IMG/VR virus record: IMGVR_UViG_3300008107_000046
Span: 1-64,000 of that record
Source: a virus
Reading direction: 5' to 3' (one strand)
Length of the DNA stretch: 64,000 nucleotides
Positions within the stretch are counted from its first letter, which is position 1. Each line of letters opens with the position of its first letter. Shown here piece after piece: positions 29,978-39,752 of the stretch. Under the pieces are notes generated by a model. That model made no database searches. It was not told where the DNA came from and saw only the letters and a program-made list of their open reading frames with translations. Made by a program: the position numbers and the translations under genes.

Positions 29978-30440
29978 TGATAAAAATCTAATAAATTATT
30001 TTTTAAATTTATTAGATTTTATCCAAAATTATCCTCAAGTTTATAGGGATGTGACAAACCATTGCTTGTCTCCAAACTGTTTTGCATCAAATAATCTTTT
30101 AAATCTAATAACCGATAATCAATTTGTAAATAAAATCAACTTTATTCTGGGAGAATGTGAGAAACATATTCCAGATAAGGTTGATTATTTTTATATTCAT
30201 ATGGTTGACTATAAAAATGGTGGGGATATGTTAATACATAAACATGATCACAATGAAGATTATTCGTTTATTTTATATTTGAATGACTGTGATGATGGGT
30301 ATACAACTTTATATACTGATAGACCTATCAGAGTAAAACCAGAAACTGGTAAAATTCTTATATTTTCTTCTGATGTTTATCATTCAGCAACTTCTTCAAA
30401 TAGTAAAAAAGTATTAGTCGGAGGATTAAAAATAAAATGA
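29928..30440 (+). CDS. 2OG-Fe(II) oxygenase
   Basis: HKHDHNEDYSFILYLND...GKILIFSSDVYH; true start likely a few codons later. Confidence 0.7.
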   Translation: MRNLIKLMMMNKQLLINDKNLINYFLNLLDFIQNYPQVYRDVTNHCLSPNCFASNNLLNLITDNQFVNKINFILGECEKHIPDKVDYFYIHMVDYKNGGDMLIHKHDHNEDYSFILYLNDCDDGYTTLYTDRPIRVKPETGKILIFSSDVYHSATSSNSKKVLVGGLKIK

Positions 30441-31060
30441 AGAGAAAATATCCACCAGATACTAGAGAATTTACCACAATGAATTATTTTGGTAATACTT
30501 TGTATCATGCATATAATATTTTGTCGGAAGAAGATAGACTTGGACTTTTGGAAGAAATTGAAGATGAAATAAAAACCAATTCTTCTGGTGGATATAATAT
30601 TGTTGAAGCAACTAGTACTTTACCGACACGAAAAATAAAAAATAAAAAGTGTTGGTATAATTTCTTTAAAGTTGTTAAAAAGCATCTTTATGAATATGCA
30701 AAAATAACTAATAATCCTAAAATAAAAACATTAAAAGTTGCTGAATATTGGGCAAAAAGAATGGGACCTGACATTAGTGACGAGGATTACCATAATGAGA
30801 TGTACATATATTATGGTAATAGTCATTCTCATAATAATCTTGACTTGGGTATCATATATTATTTGCAAAATCCATCTAGAATTTATGGAACTATTATGGA
30901 ACAAGATGGTGTAGAATTTATTGTTCCAGGAGATCAAAATTCTTTAATTATTCATCACCCAGATATTAATCATGAAGCAGTTCTTCCCCATCCATCATTT
31001 TTAGATGGAACTTGTAGATGTGTCCTGATAGTTGACTTTAAATACTCTAAATATACTTAA
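30437..31060 (+). CDS. 2OG-Fe(II) oxygenase-like protein (paralogue of 32861-33493)
   Basis: HSH...GIIYYLQ...NHEA...RCVLIVDF. Confidence 0.55.
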   Translation: MKRKYPPDTREFTTMNYFGNTLYHAYNILSEEDRLGLLEEIEDEIKTNSSGGYNIVEATSTLPTRKIKNKKCWYNFFKVVKKHLYEYAKITNNPKIKTLKVAEYWAKRMGPDISDEDYHNEMYIYYGNSHSHNNLDLGIIYYLQNPSRIYGTIMEQDGVEFIVPGDQNSLIIHHPDINHEAVLPHPSFLDGTCRCVLIVDFKYSKYT

Positions 31061-31238
31061 CTACGACAATTATCTTATGGATAATGATAAATGGAATAGA
31101 GGATTGGATCTATTCATTGAAAGTGTTCATAAACCAGATCCTGAATTGAGGCAATGTGCCCACAATCAAAAGTGCTATAATGAATTAATGTCAGTTCGTG
31201 AACATGTTCTTGAATATTTAAAAACAATAAGAAAGTGA
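31032..31238 (+). CDS. conserved cyanophage hypothetical protein
   Basis: WNRGLDLFIESVHKPDPELRQCAHNQKCYNELM. Confidence 0.65.
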   Translation: MTLNTLNILNYDNYLMDNDKWNRGLDLFIESVHKPDPELRQCAHNQKCYNELMSVREHVLEYLKTIRK

Positions 31239-31239
31239 T

Positions 31240-31776
31240 ATGAAGAATTATTTTGAAGCATTTACAATACCATATTGGCAAACTAAAGTAATAGATTGGG
31301 AATACAAGAAAAAATCTTTGCTATCATTACACTATAATAATAAACATAATATGTGTGGTGGTGATGAACAATATACTGATTATAATAGTAAGAACTCTTA
31401 TCATTCTCAAGTACAATCTATTTTATTAGATGATCTTTATTCTGCTCGTAAAGCTTTAAACTTAGAACACCATACGCTCAGAGTGACCACTGCATGGTTT
31501 CAAATGTATGAGCAATATCACCATCATCCAATTCATAATCATGGTATAAATGGATTTAGTTCTGTTTGTTATATTGAATATGACCATAATGAACATGAAC
31601 CTACAAGATTTGTATGTCCATTTAATAGTTATATTAATAATGATATGATAGAATTTATACCGAATGATATTGAAGAAGGTTCTATAGTATTCTTTCCTAG
31701 TAATGTACCTCACTATGTCGCACCAAATAAATCAACAAAACCTAGATTAATATTATCCTTTAATATAACTTACTAA
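31240..31776 (+). CDS. 2OG-Fe(II) oxygenase (HxH type)
   Basis: AWFQMY...HPIHNHG...FSSVCYI...EGSIVFFPSNVPH...RLILSFN. Confidence 0.8.
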   Translation: MKNYFEAFTIPYWQTKVIDWEYKKKSLLSLHYNNKHNMCGGDEQYTDYNSKNSYHSQVQSILLDDLYSARKALNLEHHTLRVTTAWFQMYEQYHHHPIHNHGINGFSSVCYIEYDHNEHEPTRFVCPFNSYINNDMIEFIPNDIEEGSIVFFPSNVPHYVAPNKSTKPRLILSFNITY

Positions 31777-32030
31777 TGATATATACCCAACAATATATTT
31801 TTTACTTATTAGTATTTTCTTTCATCGCTTATTTTGTAGTGACAGATGAGAGTATTGCTGCATTAGTTATTTTAAGTATAAAAATTTTAAGAAATAATAT
31901 AGAAAGATTAATTTGGATGATTAGATTTCATCCTTTAGTAACTACAAACAAAATTATGCAGTGGTATATGATGCGTAAATATATGAAGGAGGCAGAAAAA
32001 TTGCAAAAAGAACTATTTAAAGATGATTAG
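31776..32030 (+). CDS. membrane-anchored hypothetical protein
   Basis: N-terminal hydrophobic helix. Confidence 0.55.
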   Translation: MIYTQQYIFYLLVFSFIAYFVVTDESIAALVILSIKILRNNIERLIWMIRFHPLVTTNKIMQWYMMRKYMKEAEKLQKELFKDD

Positions 32031-32841
32031 AATACCTCACGAAGTTCAGTTACACATAACACATTCATGCAATTTGACATGTGAAGGATGTACTCACTAT
32101 AGTAATCATGGACATTCTGGAATGTTATCTTTGGAAGAAGGATCAGAATGGATGGATAGGTGGAATAAAAGAATAATTCCAGAAAGATTTACTATTCTTG
32201 GTGGAGAACCAGCATTGAATAAAGATCTTACTAAATTCATTTATCTTGCAAAAGAAAAATGGCCTAATTCATATTTGGAATTAATTTCCAATGGATTTCA
32301 TTTACACAAACACCCAGATCTACCAAAGGCTTTGATTGATACCCAAACTGTTATTGGTATTTCTGTTCATTCTAGAGAACATCCAGATTACATTGAGAAA
32401 TTTAAACCAGTTTATAAATTGGCAAAAAAATGGTTATTGATGGGTGTAAAGGTCGAAATGAGACATTCATCTCTTGATTGGTTAAGGCAATATCAAGGGT
32501 ATGGGGATAATATGCTCCCCTATGAAGACAATAATCCAGAATCAAGTTGGAAAAACTGTGTTTCTAGAATGTGTATACAACTACATGAAGGTAAAATCTG
32601 GAAATGTCCAGGTTTAGCGTATTTACCTATGCAAGCAGAAAAATATAATCTTTCTGAAAAATGGGATAAATATCTGAAATATGAACCATTGCATCATGAT
32701 TGTTCTGATGAAGAACTTGTTGAATTTTTTAATAGGAAATGGGAAACGTACTGTGATATGTGTCCAGCAAATAAAGAACATTTCAAACCATCTGCAGATC
32801 CATTATTACCAGTTAGTTATTGGAAAAAACTCAACAAATAA
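32023..32841 (+). CDS. radical SAM protein with C-terminal Cys cluster
   Basis: CNLTCEGC (CxxxCxxC), LGGEP, SNG, C-terminal C..C..WKCP..CDMC. Confidence 0.88.
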   Translation: MIRIPHEVQLHITHSCNLTCEGCTHYSNHGHSGMLSLEEGSEWMDRWNKRIIPERFTILGGEPALNKDLTKFIYLAKEKWPNSYLELISNGFHLHKHPDLPKALIDTQTVIGISVHSREHPDYIEKFKPVYKLAKKWLLMGVKVEMRHSSLDWLRQYQGYGDNMLPYEDNNPESSWKNCVSRMCIQLHEGKIWKCPGLAYLPMQAEKYNLSEKWDKYLKYEPLHHDCSDEELVEFFNRKWETYCDMCPANKEHFKPSADPLLPVSYWKKLNK

Positions 32842-32860
32842 TTTCACATATTAATTTAAA

Positions 32861-33493
32861 ATGACAAAGCGTAAGAGAATATATCCACCAGATACAAGAA
32901 CATTTACCACAATGAATTATTTTGGTAAGACTTTATATCATGCATATAATGTCTTATCTGAAGAAGATATTGTAGGATTGATAGCAGAAATAGATGATGA
33001 GTTAAAAAATACTTCGGATAATAGAGATGGGTACGTTGAAGCAACTAATTGTTTATCTGCAAGAAAAATAAAAAATAAAAAATGTTGGTATAATTTTTTT
33101 AAAATGGTGAAAACTCACCTTTATAATTATTCTGAGATAGTAAACCAACCATCAATTAAATCTTTGAAGGTTGCTTCATATTGGGCAAAAAGAATGTATA
33201 AAGGGATTACAGACGAACAATATGAAGAACAGATGTACATTAATTATGGAAATGTTCACTCACACAATGATCTTGATTTGGGGATTATATATTACTTACA
33301 AAATCCATCTAGAATATATGGAACATTAATAGAACATCAAGGTAGAGAGTTTATAGTTCCTGGAGATGAAAATTCTATGATTATCCATCATTCTGACATG
33401 AACCATGCCGCAGTTTTACCACCTCCAATACTAACAAAAGATGACCCAAGATGCACTATTGTAGTAGATTTTAAATATGGACACAAATTCTGA
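32861..33493 (+). CDS. 2OG-Fe(II) oxygenase-like protein (paralogue of 30437-31060)
   Basis: Shared YPPDTR.FTTMNYFG, HSHN.LDLGIIYYLQNPSRIYGT. Confidence 0.55.
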   Translation: MTKRKRIYPPDTRTFTTMNYFGKTLYHAYNVLSEEDIVGLIAEIDDELKNTSDNRDGYVEATNCLSARKIKNKKCWYNFFKMVKTHLYNYSEIVNQPSIKSLKVASYWAKRMYKGITDEQYEEQMYINYGNVHSHNDLDLGIIYYLQNPSRIYGTLIEHQGREFIVPGDENSMIIHHSDMNHAAVLPPPILTKDDPRCTIVVDFKYGHKF

Positions 33494-33941
33494 AAAAGAA
33501 AAAAGATTATCAGTAGTTAAAAAACAACTAGAACATCTTATTACCAAAATTAATAATAGATGTAACCCAGAAAATTATAACTCATTTTCTGAATTGTATG
33601 AATATGTTAAAACAACATCTACTACAGGTGTTCCATCTTTTCTTAGTCCAGCGGAAGTTAGATTTATTCAATCAAATCCGCAGATTGAAAACAATATTTT
33701 AGATTTGTGTATTAAACAAAGAGAAAATGATAAAAAAAATAATTATTTCACAATAGGTAATATTTTAGATATTCTTTTGTTTACTAATAATTCTAATGAT
33801 CTTTATAATTCAAAAATGACTGGTTTTAATAATCCTGACTTAGGTACTAGATTTTTGAAAGATCCTTCTTCACAACCAATACATGGGACTATAGAAGAAG
33901 TATTGGTCATGTTAGATTTGAGTATTGTTCCTTATAGATGA
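33477..33941 (+). CDS. hypothetical protein
   Basis: 154 aa ORF in operon. Confidence 0.5.
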   Translation: MDTNSEKEKRLSVVKKQLEHLITKINNRCNPENYNSFSELYEYVKTTSTTGVPSFLSPAEVRFIQSNPQIENNILDLCIKQRENDKKNNYFTIGNILDILLFTNNSNDLYNSKMTGFNNPDLGTRFLKDPSSQPIHGTIEEVLVMLDLSIVPYR

Positions 33942-33998
33942 TAGACACTTTCGCAAGTGTCTATGGATATGGTTTCAAAGTCTATTATGTGCTATACT
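33941..33998 (+). promoter_or_regulatory. palindromic box + extended -10 promoter
   Basis: ATAGACACTT-TCGC-AAGTGTCTAT perfect inverted repeat; TGC-TATACT at 33990-33998. Confidence 0.65.
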
Positions 33999-34019
33999 AT
34001 GATTAATTACAGAATTGAA

Positions 34020-35189
34020 ATGTTGAACTATCAATTTCCACAAATCAATAATATTTCCGATATTATTTGTCATATTGATGGTAGGGATGAATATAAAGTA
34101 AGTGTGAAAGACTGGTATACTGTTGTTAATTATGCAGTTGCTTTTGAGGATACATTTAAATGGGATGATGCTGATCAAATTGGATCTAAAATTCGTAGAG
34201 AATGTCGTGGTCTGATCTTTGATACTGAAACTGGGAAAATCATTTCTCGTCCGTATCATAAGTTCTTCAACGTTGGTGAGCGAGAAGAAACTGCTATCAA
34301 CAAAGTTAATCTGTATGAACCTCATGTAGTTCTGGAGAAACTGGATGGTTCTATGATCCGTCCGATTCCTACTAAAGAAGGTTTTCGTCTTGGGACTAAA
34401 GCAGGCATTACTGATGTAGCAATGAACGCAGAAGTGTTTATCGCAGATAAACCAGAGTATCGTGAGTTCATTCTTGCTATGCTTGATGGTGGAATGACAC
34501 CCATTTTTGAATGGTGTTCGCGTAAAAATCGTATTGTTGTAGATTATCCTGATGATCAACTGATTCTCACTGGGGTTCGTAATACATTTAAGGGAACTTA
34601 TCTTCTTCACTGGAACTTGGAAGAGTTTGGTGAACACTATGGTATTCCTGTTGTAAAAGCAGTGGATGGTCTTGCTGTTCAAGATATTAACCTGTTTGTC
34701 AAGCAGGTTCGGGAATGGGATGATGGTGAGGGTATTGTGCTACGATTTGACGATGGGCACATGGTTAAAGTGAAAGCGGATGAATATGTGCTCCGTCACA
34801 AATCGAAAGAACAAATTAGTCAAGAAAAAAATGTTCTTCAAATTATCATCAATGATTCTGTTGATGATATTGTCCCCTTATTGACACAAAATGATGCAAC
34901 TCGTCTTAAAGAGTTTCAGACTGCTTTTTGGGCATCTGTAGATGATTTGGCATATGAGATGGCACAGATCTATTTGGGTGGCAATACAGTGTATCCTGAT
35001 AAGAAAGATTTTGCTGTTGAGTTTGTTCAGAAGAAGATTTTACCAATTCATGCTCCGATCATGTATGCTATGAAAGGTGGCAAGGGTTCCCGTGCTACCA
35101 TTGTTGACATGATTAGTAAATCCTTGACTACTCAAACTAAAATTGATCAAAATCGTTGGTTATGGGGAGGTCTTGAATGGAATTCTTAA
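34020..35189 (+). CDS. rnlA: T4 Rnl1-type RNA ligase
   Basis: RECRGLIFD, RPYHKFFNVGE, EKLDGSMI (KxDG), FEW, EGIV, VKVKADEY; start moved downstream of promoter. Confidence 0.92.
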   Translation: MLNYQFPQINNISDIICHIDGRDEYKVSVKDWYTVVNYAVAFEDTFKWDDADQIGSKIRRECRGLIFDTETGKIISRPYHKFFNVGEREETAINKVNLYEPHVVLEKLDGSMIRPIPTKEGFRLGTKAGITDVAMNAEVFIADKPEYREFILAMLDGGMTPIFEWCSRKNRIVVDYPDDQLILTGVRNTFKGTYLLHWNLEEFGEHYGIPVVKAVDGLAVQDINLFVKQVREWDDGEGIVLRFDDGHMVKVKADEYVLRHKSKEQISQEKNVLQIIINDSVDDIVPLLTQNDATRLKEFQTAFWASVDDLAYEMAQIYLGGNTVYPDKKDFAVEFVQKKILPIHAPIMYAMKGGKGSRATIVDMISKSLTTQTKIDQNRWLWGGLEWNS

Positions 35190-35217
35190 TAGATAGAATG
35201 TAGAGTAAATTAATTCA

Positions 35218-35694
35218 ATGGATCATCTAAAAATTGAATCCTACAAAACAATTTTAGTTCTTAATTCTAGTTATGAACCAATAAATTTTACTAATTGGAA
35301 GAGAGCGGTTGTATTGTTATTAAAAGAGAAAGCGCAAATATTATCATCTAGAGTAATACGTTTATTGAATTATGTAAAGTTACCATTAAAAAAAATTATG
35401 GACGAAAAACCTTCACGAGCAATGATTTACAAAAGGGATAACCATACCTGTCAATATTGTGGATCGAAAAAATCACTTACTATTGATCATGTTATTCCTA
35501 AATCTAAAGGTGGACAAGATACATGGGAAAATATGGTAGTTGCTTGTGCGCCATGTAATACTAAAAAAGGGCATACTTTACTTGAGCAAACTGGAATGAA
35601 ATTGGTTAGGAAACCAAAAGCACCTCCAAATAAGATGATTTTAGATATTGATAAATCTAATGTTCCAGAATGGAAAGAATATAACTATGTCTGA
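35218..35694 (+). CDS. HNH endonuclease (McrA-like)
   Basis: LVLNSSYEP; RDNHTCQYCG...TIDHVIPKSKGG..WENMVVACAPCNTKKG. Confidence 0.9.
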   Translation: MDHLKIESYKTILVLNSSYEPINFTNWKRAVVLLLKEKAQILSSRVIRLLNYVKLPLKKIMDEKPSRAMIYKRDNHTCQYCGSKKSLTIDHVIPKSKGGQDTWENMVVACAPCNTKKGHTLLEQTGMKLVRKPKAPPNKMILDIDKSNVPEWKEYNYV

Positions 35695-36163
35695 ACTTAT
35701 TATGCTATGTGGAATTCCTACTTCTGGAAAATCCACATATGTTGAAAAACTGAAGAAACTGGACTACTGGAAAGATGCAGTAGTTCTTTCTACTGACAAT
35801 TACATTGAGAAACAAGCACAACGTCTTGGACTGACTTATAATCAGGTCTTTGATGATGTAATCAAAGATGCTACACGGGAACTTGAAATGGAGTTCAACT
35901 GGTCAAAATCTAAGGGTAGGAACATCATCTGGGATCAGACAAACTTATCGGTCAAGACCCGAAAGAAAAAACTTTCTAAACTTCCTTCCATCTATAAGAG
36001 AGGTGTGGTATACTTTACTGTATCACTTGAGGACGCACTGGAACGAAACAACCACCGTGAGGGAAAGTTTATTCCTGAAAGCATCTTAAAAAGGATGTAC
36101 GAACAGTTTGCAATTCCAACTATTGAAGAGGGTTTTGATTATGTTGAAAAAGTTGAAAGTTAA
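35687..36163 (+). CDS. polynucleotide 5'-kinase (Pnkp kinase domain)
   Basis: GIPTSGKST P-loop, LSTD, IIWDQTNL, RNNHR lid. Confidence 0.8.
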   Translation: MSELIMLCGIPTSGKSTYVEKLKKLDYWKDAVVLSTDNYIEKQAQRLGLTYNQVFDDVIKDATRELEMEFNWSKSKGRNIIWDQTNLSVKTRKKKLSKLPSIYKRGVVYFTVSLEDALERNNHREGKFIPESILKRMYEQFAIPTIEEGFDYVEKVES

Positions 36164-36368
36164 AGAACCTTACAATCATCACTTTGAGTATCAGAGCGAC
36201 ATTGATCGCATCGTAAAAATCTTTGCCGATCGTGGTTATGAGATTTCACATTCTGATGCTGTTCGTGCGTGGGAACAATTCTCTGATGGTATGGCAGCAG
36301 GTTGGATGAGTTTAGGTTCTGATGCTGAGGTTTTTGATGATGCTTTTTATTATTTTGAGGAAGTATAA
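36141..36368 (+). CDS. hypothetical protein
   Basis: DIDRIVKIFADRGY...AWEQFSDGMAAGWM. Confidence 0.55.
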   Translation: MLKKLKVKEPYNHHFEYQSDIDRIVKIFADRGYEISHSDAVRAWEQFSDGMAAGWMSLGSDAEVFDDAFYYFEEV

Positions 36369-36811
36369 TGAAACCGAGTTGTTATGTTTTTGATCTTGAT
36401 GGTACTATTTGTAACGTCAAGCATCGCCGTCAGTATGTTGCCACTAAACCTCGCAACTGGGATGCCTGGAACGCTGGACTTGTGAATGATAAACCAAATG
36501 AAGCGGTTCTTGGAATTATTCATTCTCTCACATATTATTATCCGATTTTTATTGTTAGTGGAAGGTCTGATGATTACAGAGTTCAAACCGAAGAATGGTT
36601 AGAAAAGCATGGTATTTCTTATAATGCTTTGTATATGAGAAAATATAAGGATCATCGTGATGATGCTGTAGTTAAGGCAGAAATTGCAGATGAAATTGAT
36701 AAAACTCATCATATTATTGGTGTTTTTGATGATCGAAAGAGAGTTGTTGATATGTGGATTAATAGAGGTATATGGGTTTTTGATGTTGGACAGGGCAAAG
36801 GTGAGTTTTAG
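36368..36811 (+). CDS. HAD-family polynucleotide 3'-phosphatase (PseT C-terminal domain)
   Basis: VFDLDGT, VSGR, LYMR...DHRDDAVVK, FDDRKRVVDMW. Confidence 0.85.
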   Translation: MKPSCYVFDLDGTICNVKHRRQYVATKPRNWDAWNAGLVNDKPNEAVLGIIHSLTYYYPIFIVSGRSDDYRVQTEEWLEKHGISYNALYMRKYKDHRDDAVVKAEIADEIDKTHHIIGVFDDRKRVVDMWINRGIWVFDVGQGKGEF

Positions 36812-36813
36812 TT

Positions 36814-37362
36814 ATGTCTTATATTAAGTTAAAAGATAAATTTTTTGTAGGTAAATATGATATAATTTCTAGAAAATATCAGTATGGATTAAATACACCT
36901 AATGGATTTTATGGAATAAAATATTCATATATTGATCTTTCAAATTCCAATGAACTTCTTCAAGTAATACCCGAACACCATAGAGACAAATGTACATTGT
37001 CTGTGATGGATTTAAATCATAGAATTCCACCACACACTGACAGTGGCATTGAAGCAATTATTAATTTTTACATAAAAACTGATAATTGTAAAACTCAATT
37101 TTATAAGTTTAAAACTTCAGATCCTAAAGAATTTAAATTACCAACACAAAGAGATGGATCTATTTTTGATGAAAATGATCTGGATGAAACAGAAAGTTTT
37201 ATTTCTCAAGTTGGCGATGCGTATCTTTTAGACGTATCGCAACCTCATGCTGTTATTCCACTGCATGATGGACCTGTTGATAGGAAAGCAATTTGTCTTC
37301 AGTTGCTTTACACTACTTTTTCTGAAGCAAAACAACTCTTAAAACAAACTAATCAAATTTGA
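36814..37362 (+). CDS. cupin / 2OG oxygenase-like protein
   Basis: IPPHTDSG...INFY...YLLDVSQPHAV...RKAI. Confidence 0.6.
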   Translation: MSYIKLKDKFFVGKYDIISRKYQYGLNTPNGFYGIKYSYIDLSNSNELLQVIPEHHRDKCTLSVMDLNHRIPPHTDSGIEAIINFYIKTDNCKTQFYKFKTSDPKEFKLPTQRDGSIFDENDLDETESFISQVGDAYLLDVSQPHAVIPLHDGPVDRKAICLQLLYTTFSEAKQLLKQTNQI

Positions 37363-37366
37363 AACT

Positions 37367-37681
37367 ATGGTTGGAACTTTGATTGCTGGACTGACTTGTG
37401 GGATTGCAACATTTTACGGAATTGGAGATGGATTTCATGGACAAAAAACCGCTAGCGGTGAACGGTTTAATGCTTATCGTTGGACTGCAGCTCATCCTTA
37501 TCTTCCTATGGGTACAAAGATTAGGGTAACAAATCAAAATAATATGAAACAAGTTATTGTCCGTATTAATGATCGTGGTCCTTATTCTCATGCTGACTTA
37601 GATCTTAGTTACTCCGCATTTTCCCATATCGAATCTGCAAGAAGAGGTAATGCTACTGTTTGTTGGCGAGTAGTTGGATAA
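37367..37681 (+). CDS. rlpA: RlpA-like (DPBB) lytic transglycosylase
   Basis: ATFYG..FHGQKTASGERFN..TAAHPYLPMGTKIRVTN...VRINDRGPY..DLS. Confidence 0.88.
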   Translation: MVGTLIAGLTCGIATFYGIGDGFHGQKTASGERFNAYRWTAAHPYLPMGTKIRVTNQNNMKQVIVRINDRGPYSHADLDLSYSAFSHIESARRGNATVCWRVVG

Positions 37682-37682
37682 G

Positions 37683-38522
37683 TTACGATTTAAAGAATTC
37701 CTCTGATTCTTTTACAGACATCAGAGGATTTTTTGTAGATTTTACATAGTTTTTATACGCTGGACACATTCCACAAACAGGTTCTGATTTTCTATTAAAA
37801 AACTCTATTAATTCTTCATGACTACAATTTGGTTCTAGTGGGACATAGTTTAAATAAGGATCCCATTTTTCCGATATATTATATTTTTCTGCCATTAGAG
37901 GTAAGTATGCCAAAGGAGGACATTTCCATATTTTACCTTCATGTAATTGGAAACAGGTTCCTTCCATGAAACAGTTATTCCAACTACTTTCTGGATTATT
38001 ATCTTCAAATGGCATTATATTTTCACCATAACCATTATAGATTTTTGTCCAGTATTCATGGGTGGTATTTATAGATACATTAATACCAAGTTCACGTTTC
38101 CATTTTAAACATAAATTTAAATTATCTTTTATTTTGCTGAGATAATCTTTTGATTTACTATGAATTGATATTGATAGATTGATATTATTTTCTTTTATAG
38201 CATTTCCTAAATCTTTGTGTTTGTCCAGGAAAAATCCGTTAGTCGTAAGTTTTATGTAAGTGCTTCCCCATAGTTCTCTAGACAGATATAAGAAATCTAT
38301 CAAATCTTTATGTAAAGTTGGTTCTCCTCCAAGTATTATAAATTGTTTTGGTTGAACTCTATCTTTCCAATAAGATATCCATTGTCTTCCTTCAGTTAAC
38401 GATATCATTCTAGAATGTCCATGATTTGTGAAATCAGAACAACTTTCGCAAGTTAGATTGCAATTATGTGTTATGTGAAAATCTAGAATTGGTATTTTTA
38501 CTTTTGGATGCATTATTATCAT
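37683..38522 (-). CDS. radical SAM protein (paralogue of 32023-32841)
   Basis: CNLTCESC, LGGEP, TTNG, EDNNPESSW, QLHEGKIWKCP. Confidence 0.88.
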   Translation of the reverse strand: MIIMHPKVKIPILDFHITHNCNLTCESCSDFTNHGHSRMISLTEGRQWISYWKDRVQPKQFIILGGEPTLHKDLIDFLYLSRELWGSTYIKLTTNGFFLDKHKDLGNAIKENNINLSISIHSKSKDYLSKIKDNLNLCLKWKRELGINVSINTTHEYWTKIYNGYGENIMPFEDNNPESSWNNCFMEGTCFQLHEGKIWKCPPLAYLPLMAEKYNISEKWDPYLNYVPLEPNCSHEELIEFFNRKSEPVCGMCPAYKNYVKSTKNPLMSVKESEEFFKS

Positions 38523-38552
38523 GCTATAATCAGTATATAGTTAAAATGTGTT

Positions 38553-39752
38553 ATGAATAAACCTCATTGTATAGTTCCTTGGATATATTTTTTTGCGGAG
38601 GCAAATGGTGATGTAATGCCATGTTGTGTTAATAATACTTTTCTTGGAAACATACAAGTTAATGATTACAAAAAGGTGTGGAATTCGCATCAAATGAAAA
38701 AATTTAGACGTAAAATGTTAGACGGTGAGTTGCCAAAAACATGTGAAATATGCATAGAAAATAAGACTTTAACAGATGATGTTAATAACACATATAATCT
38801 TAAAGATTATTATAATAATTTTTTTAAATCTTCATTTGATGAAATTGAAAAAATTACTAATGAGGATGGATCTATTAAAGAAGATGAAATAAAATTTAAA
38901 GCGTTTTCATTCAAAGTTAGTAATAAATGTAATTTTAAATGTAGAATGTGTAATGCATACAATAGTTCTTTGATAGCAGGTGGTGTAATTGAAAATGGTG
39001 AGTTCTATAAATCTTTTGTTAAAGAAAACATTAATGATTTAGAATTAATAGAATTTATAGGTGGTGAATCATTTTTAATGGAAGAAACTTATGATATTTT
39101 ACAGTATTTAATTGATAGAAACAAACCACATCCACATCTACATTTTAATACTAACATGTCGGTATTGAGTTTGGGTGATAGAAACATTTTTGATTATTTG
39201 GAAAAATTAGATATCTCTAAAGTAGAAATAGTTGCTAGTGTTGATGAACTTGATGAGAGAGCAGAATATATTAGAAAAGGATGTAACTGGAAATCTATAG
39301 AAAAAAATCTAAAAAAACTTTCAAAAAAAGACTTTAAAACTAACACTAATATTGTAGCAAGTTGTTATAATGTTTTTAGATTACCTGAAATTATTACTCG
39401 TTTAGTTGATATTGGTCATATAAATGAAAAGCATAACTATGAAAATTTTATGTTCAATCCAGTAATTGGAGATTGTGATATAATTTTACTAAGCGATGAA
39501 TTTAAAAATAAAATAATGGATAAATTGTATAATTTTATTGCTGAATATAATAAGACCTATAATGTTGATATTTCTTATAAGTTTAAGATTATCATAGGTA
39601 AATTAAAACAAGAATTGCCAGATAATATTAATGAATTAAGAGTTCAATTCTTATATGAAAATCACAAAAAAGATAAAAAACGTGGTGAAAAGTTACTAAA
39701 AACTATACCAGAAATGAAAGATGTAGTTTATTTGTTGAAAAATGGAAACTGA
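38553..39752 (+). CDS. radical SAM protein with N-terminal SPASM/twitch-like domain
   Basis: CIVPW...GDVMPCC...CEIC then CNFKCRMC, GGE, FNTN. Confidence 0.85.
   Translation: MNKPHCIVPWIYFFAEANGDVMPCCVNNTFLGNIQVNDYKKVWNSHQMKKFRRKMLDGELPKTCEICIENKTLTDDVNNTYNLKDYYNNFFKSSFDEIEKITNEDGSIKEDEIKFKAFSFKVSNKCNFKCRMCNAYNSSLIAGGVIENGEFYKSFVKENINDLELIEFIGGESFLMEETYDILQYLIDRNKPHPHLHFNTNMSVLSLGDRNIFDYLEKLDISKVEIVASVDELDERAEYIRKGCNWKSIEKNLKKLSKKDFKTNTNIVASCYNVFRLPEIITRLVDIGHINEKHNYENFMFNPVIGDCDIILLSDEFKNKIMDKLYNFIAEYNKTYNVDISYKFKIIIGKLKQELPDNINELRVQFLYENHKKDKKRGEKLLKTIPEMKDVVYLLKNGN

Noticed and set aside
33975-34682. 235-aa antisense ORF over rnlA
   Set aside because: Expected from biased codon usage of the sense gene; no recognisable motifs
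35218-35694. HNH gene as an intron-encoded homing endonuclease
   Set aside because: Flanking genes are complete, and no group I intron core was recognised; it is free-standing
37670-38552. Minus-strand radical SAM gene as an invertible segment
   Set aside because: No convincing flanking inverted repeats and no recombinase in the window
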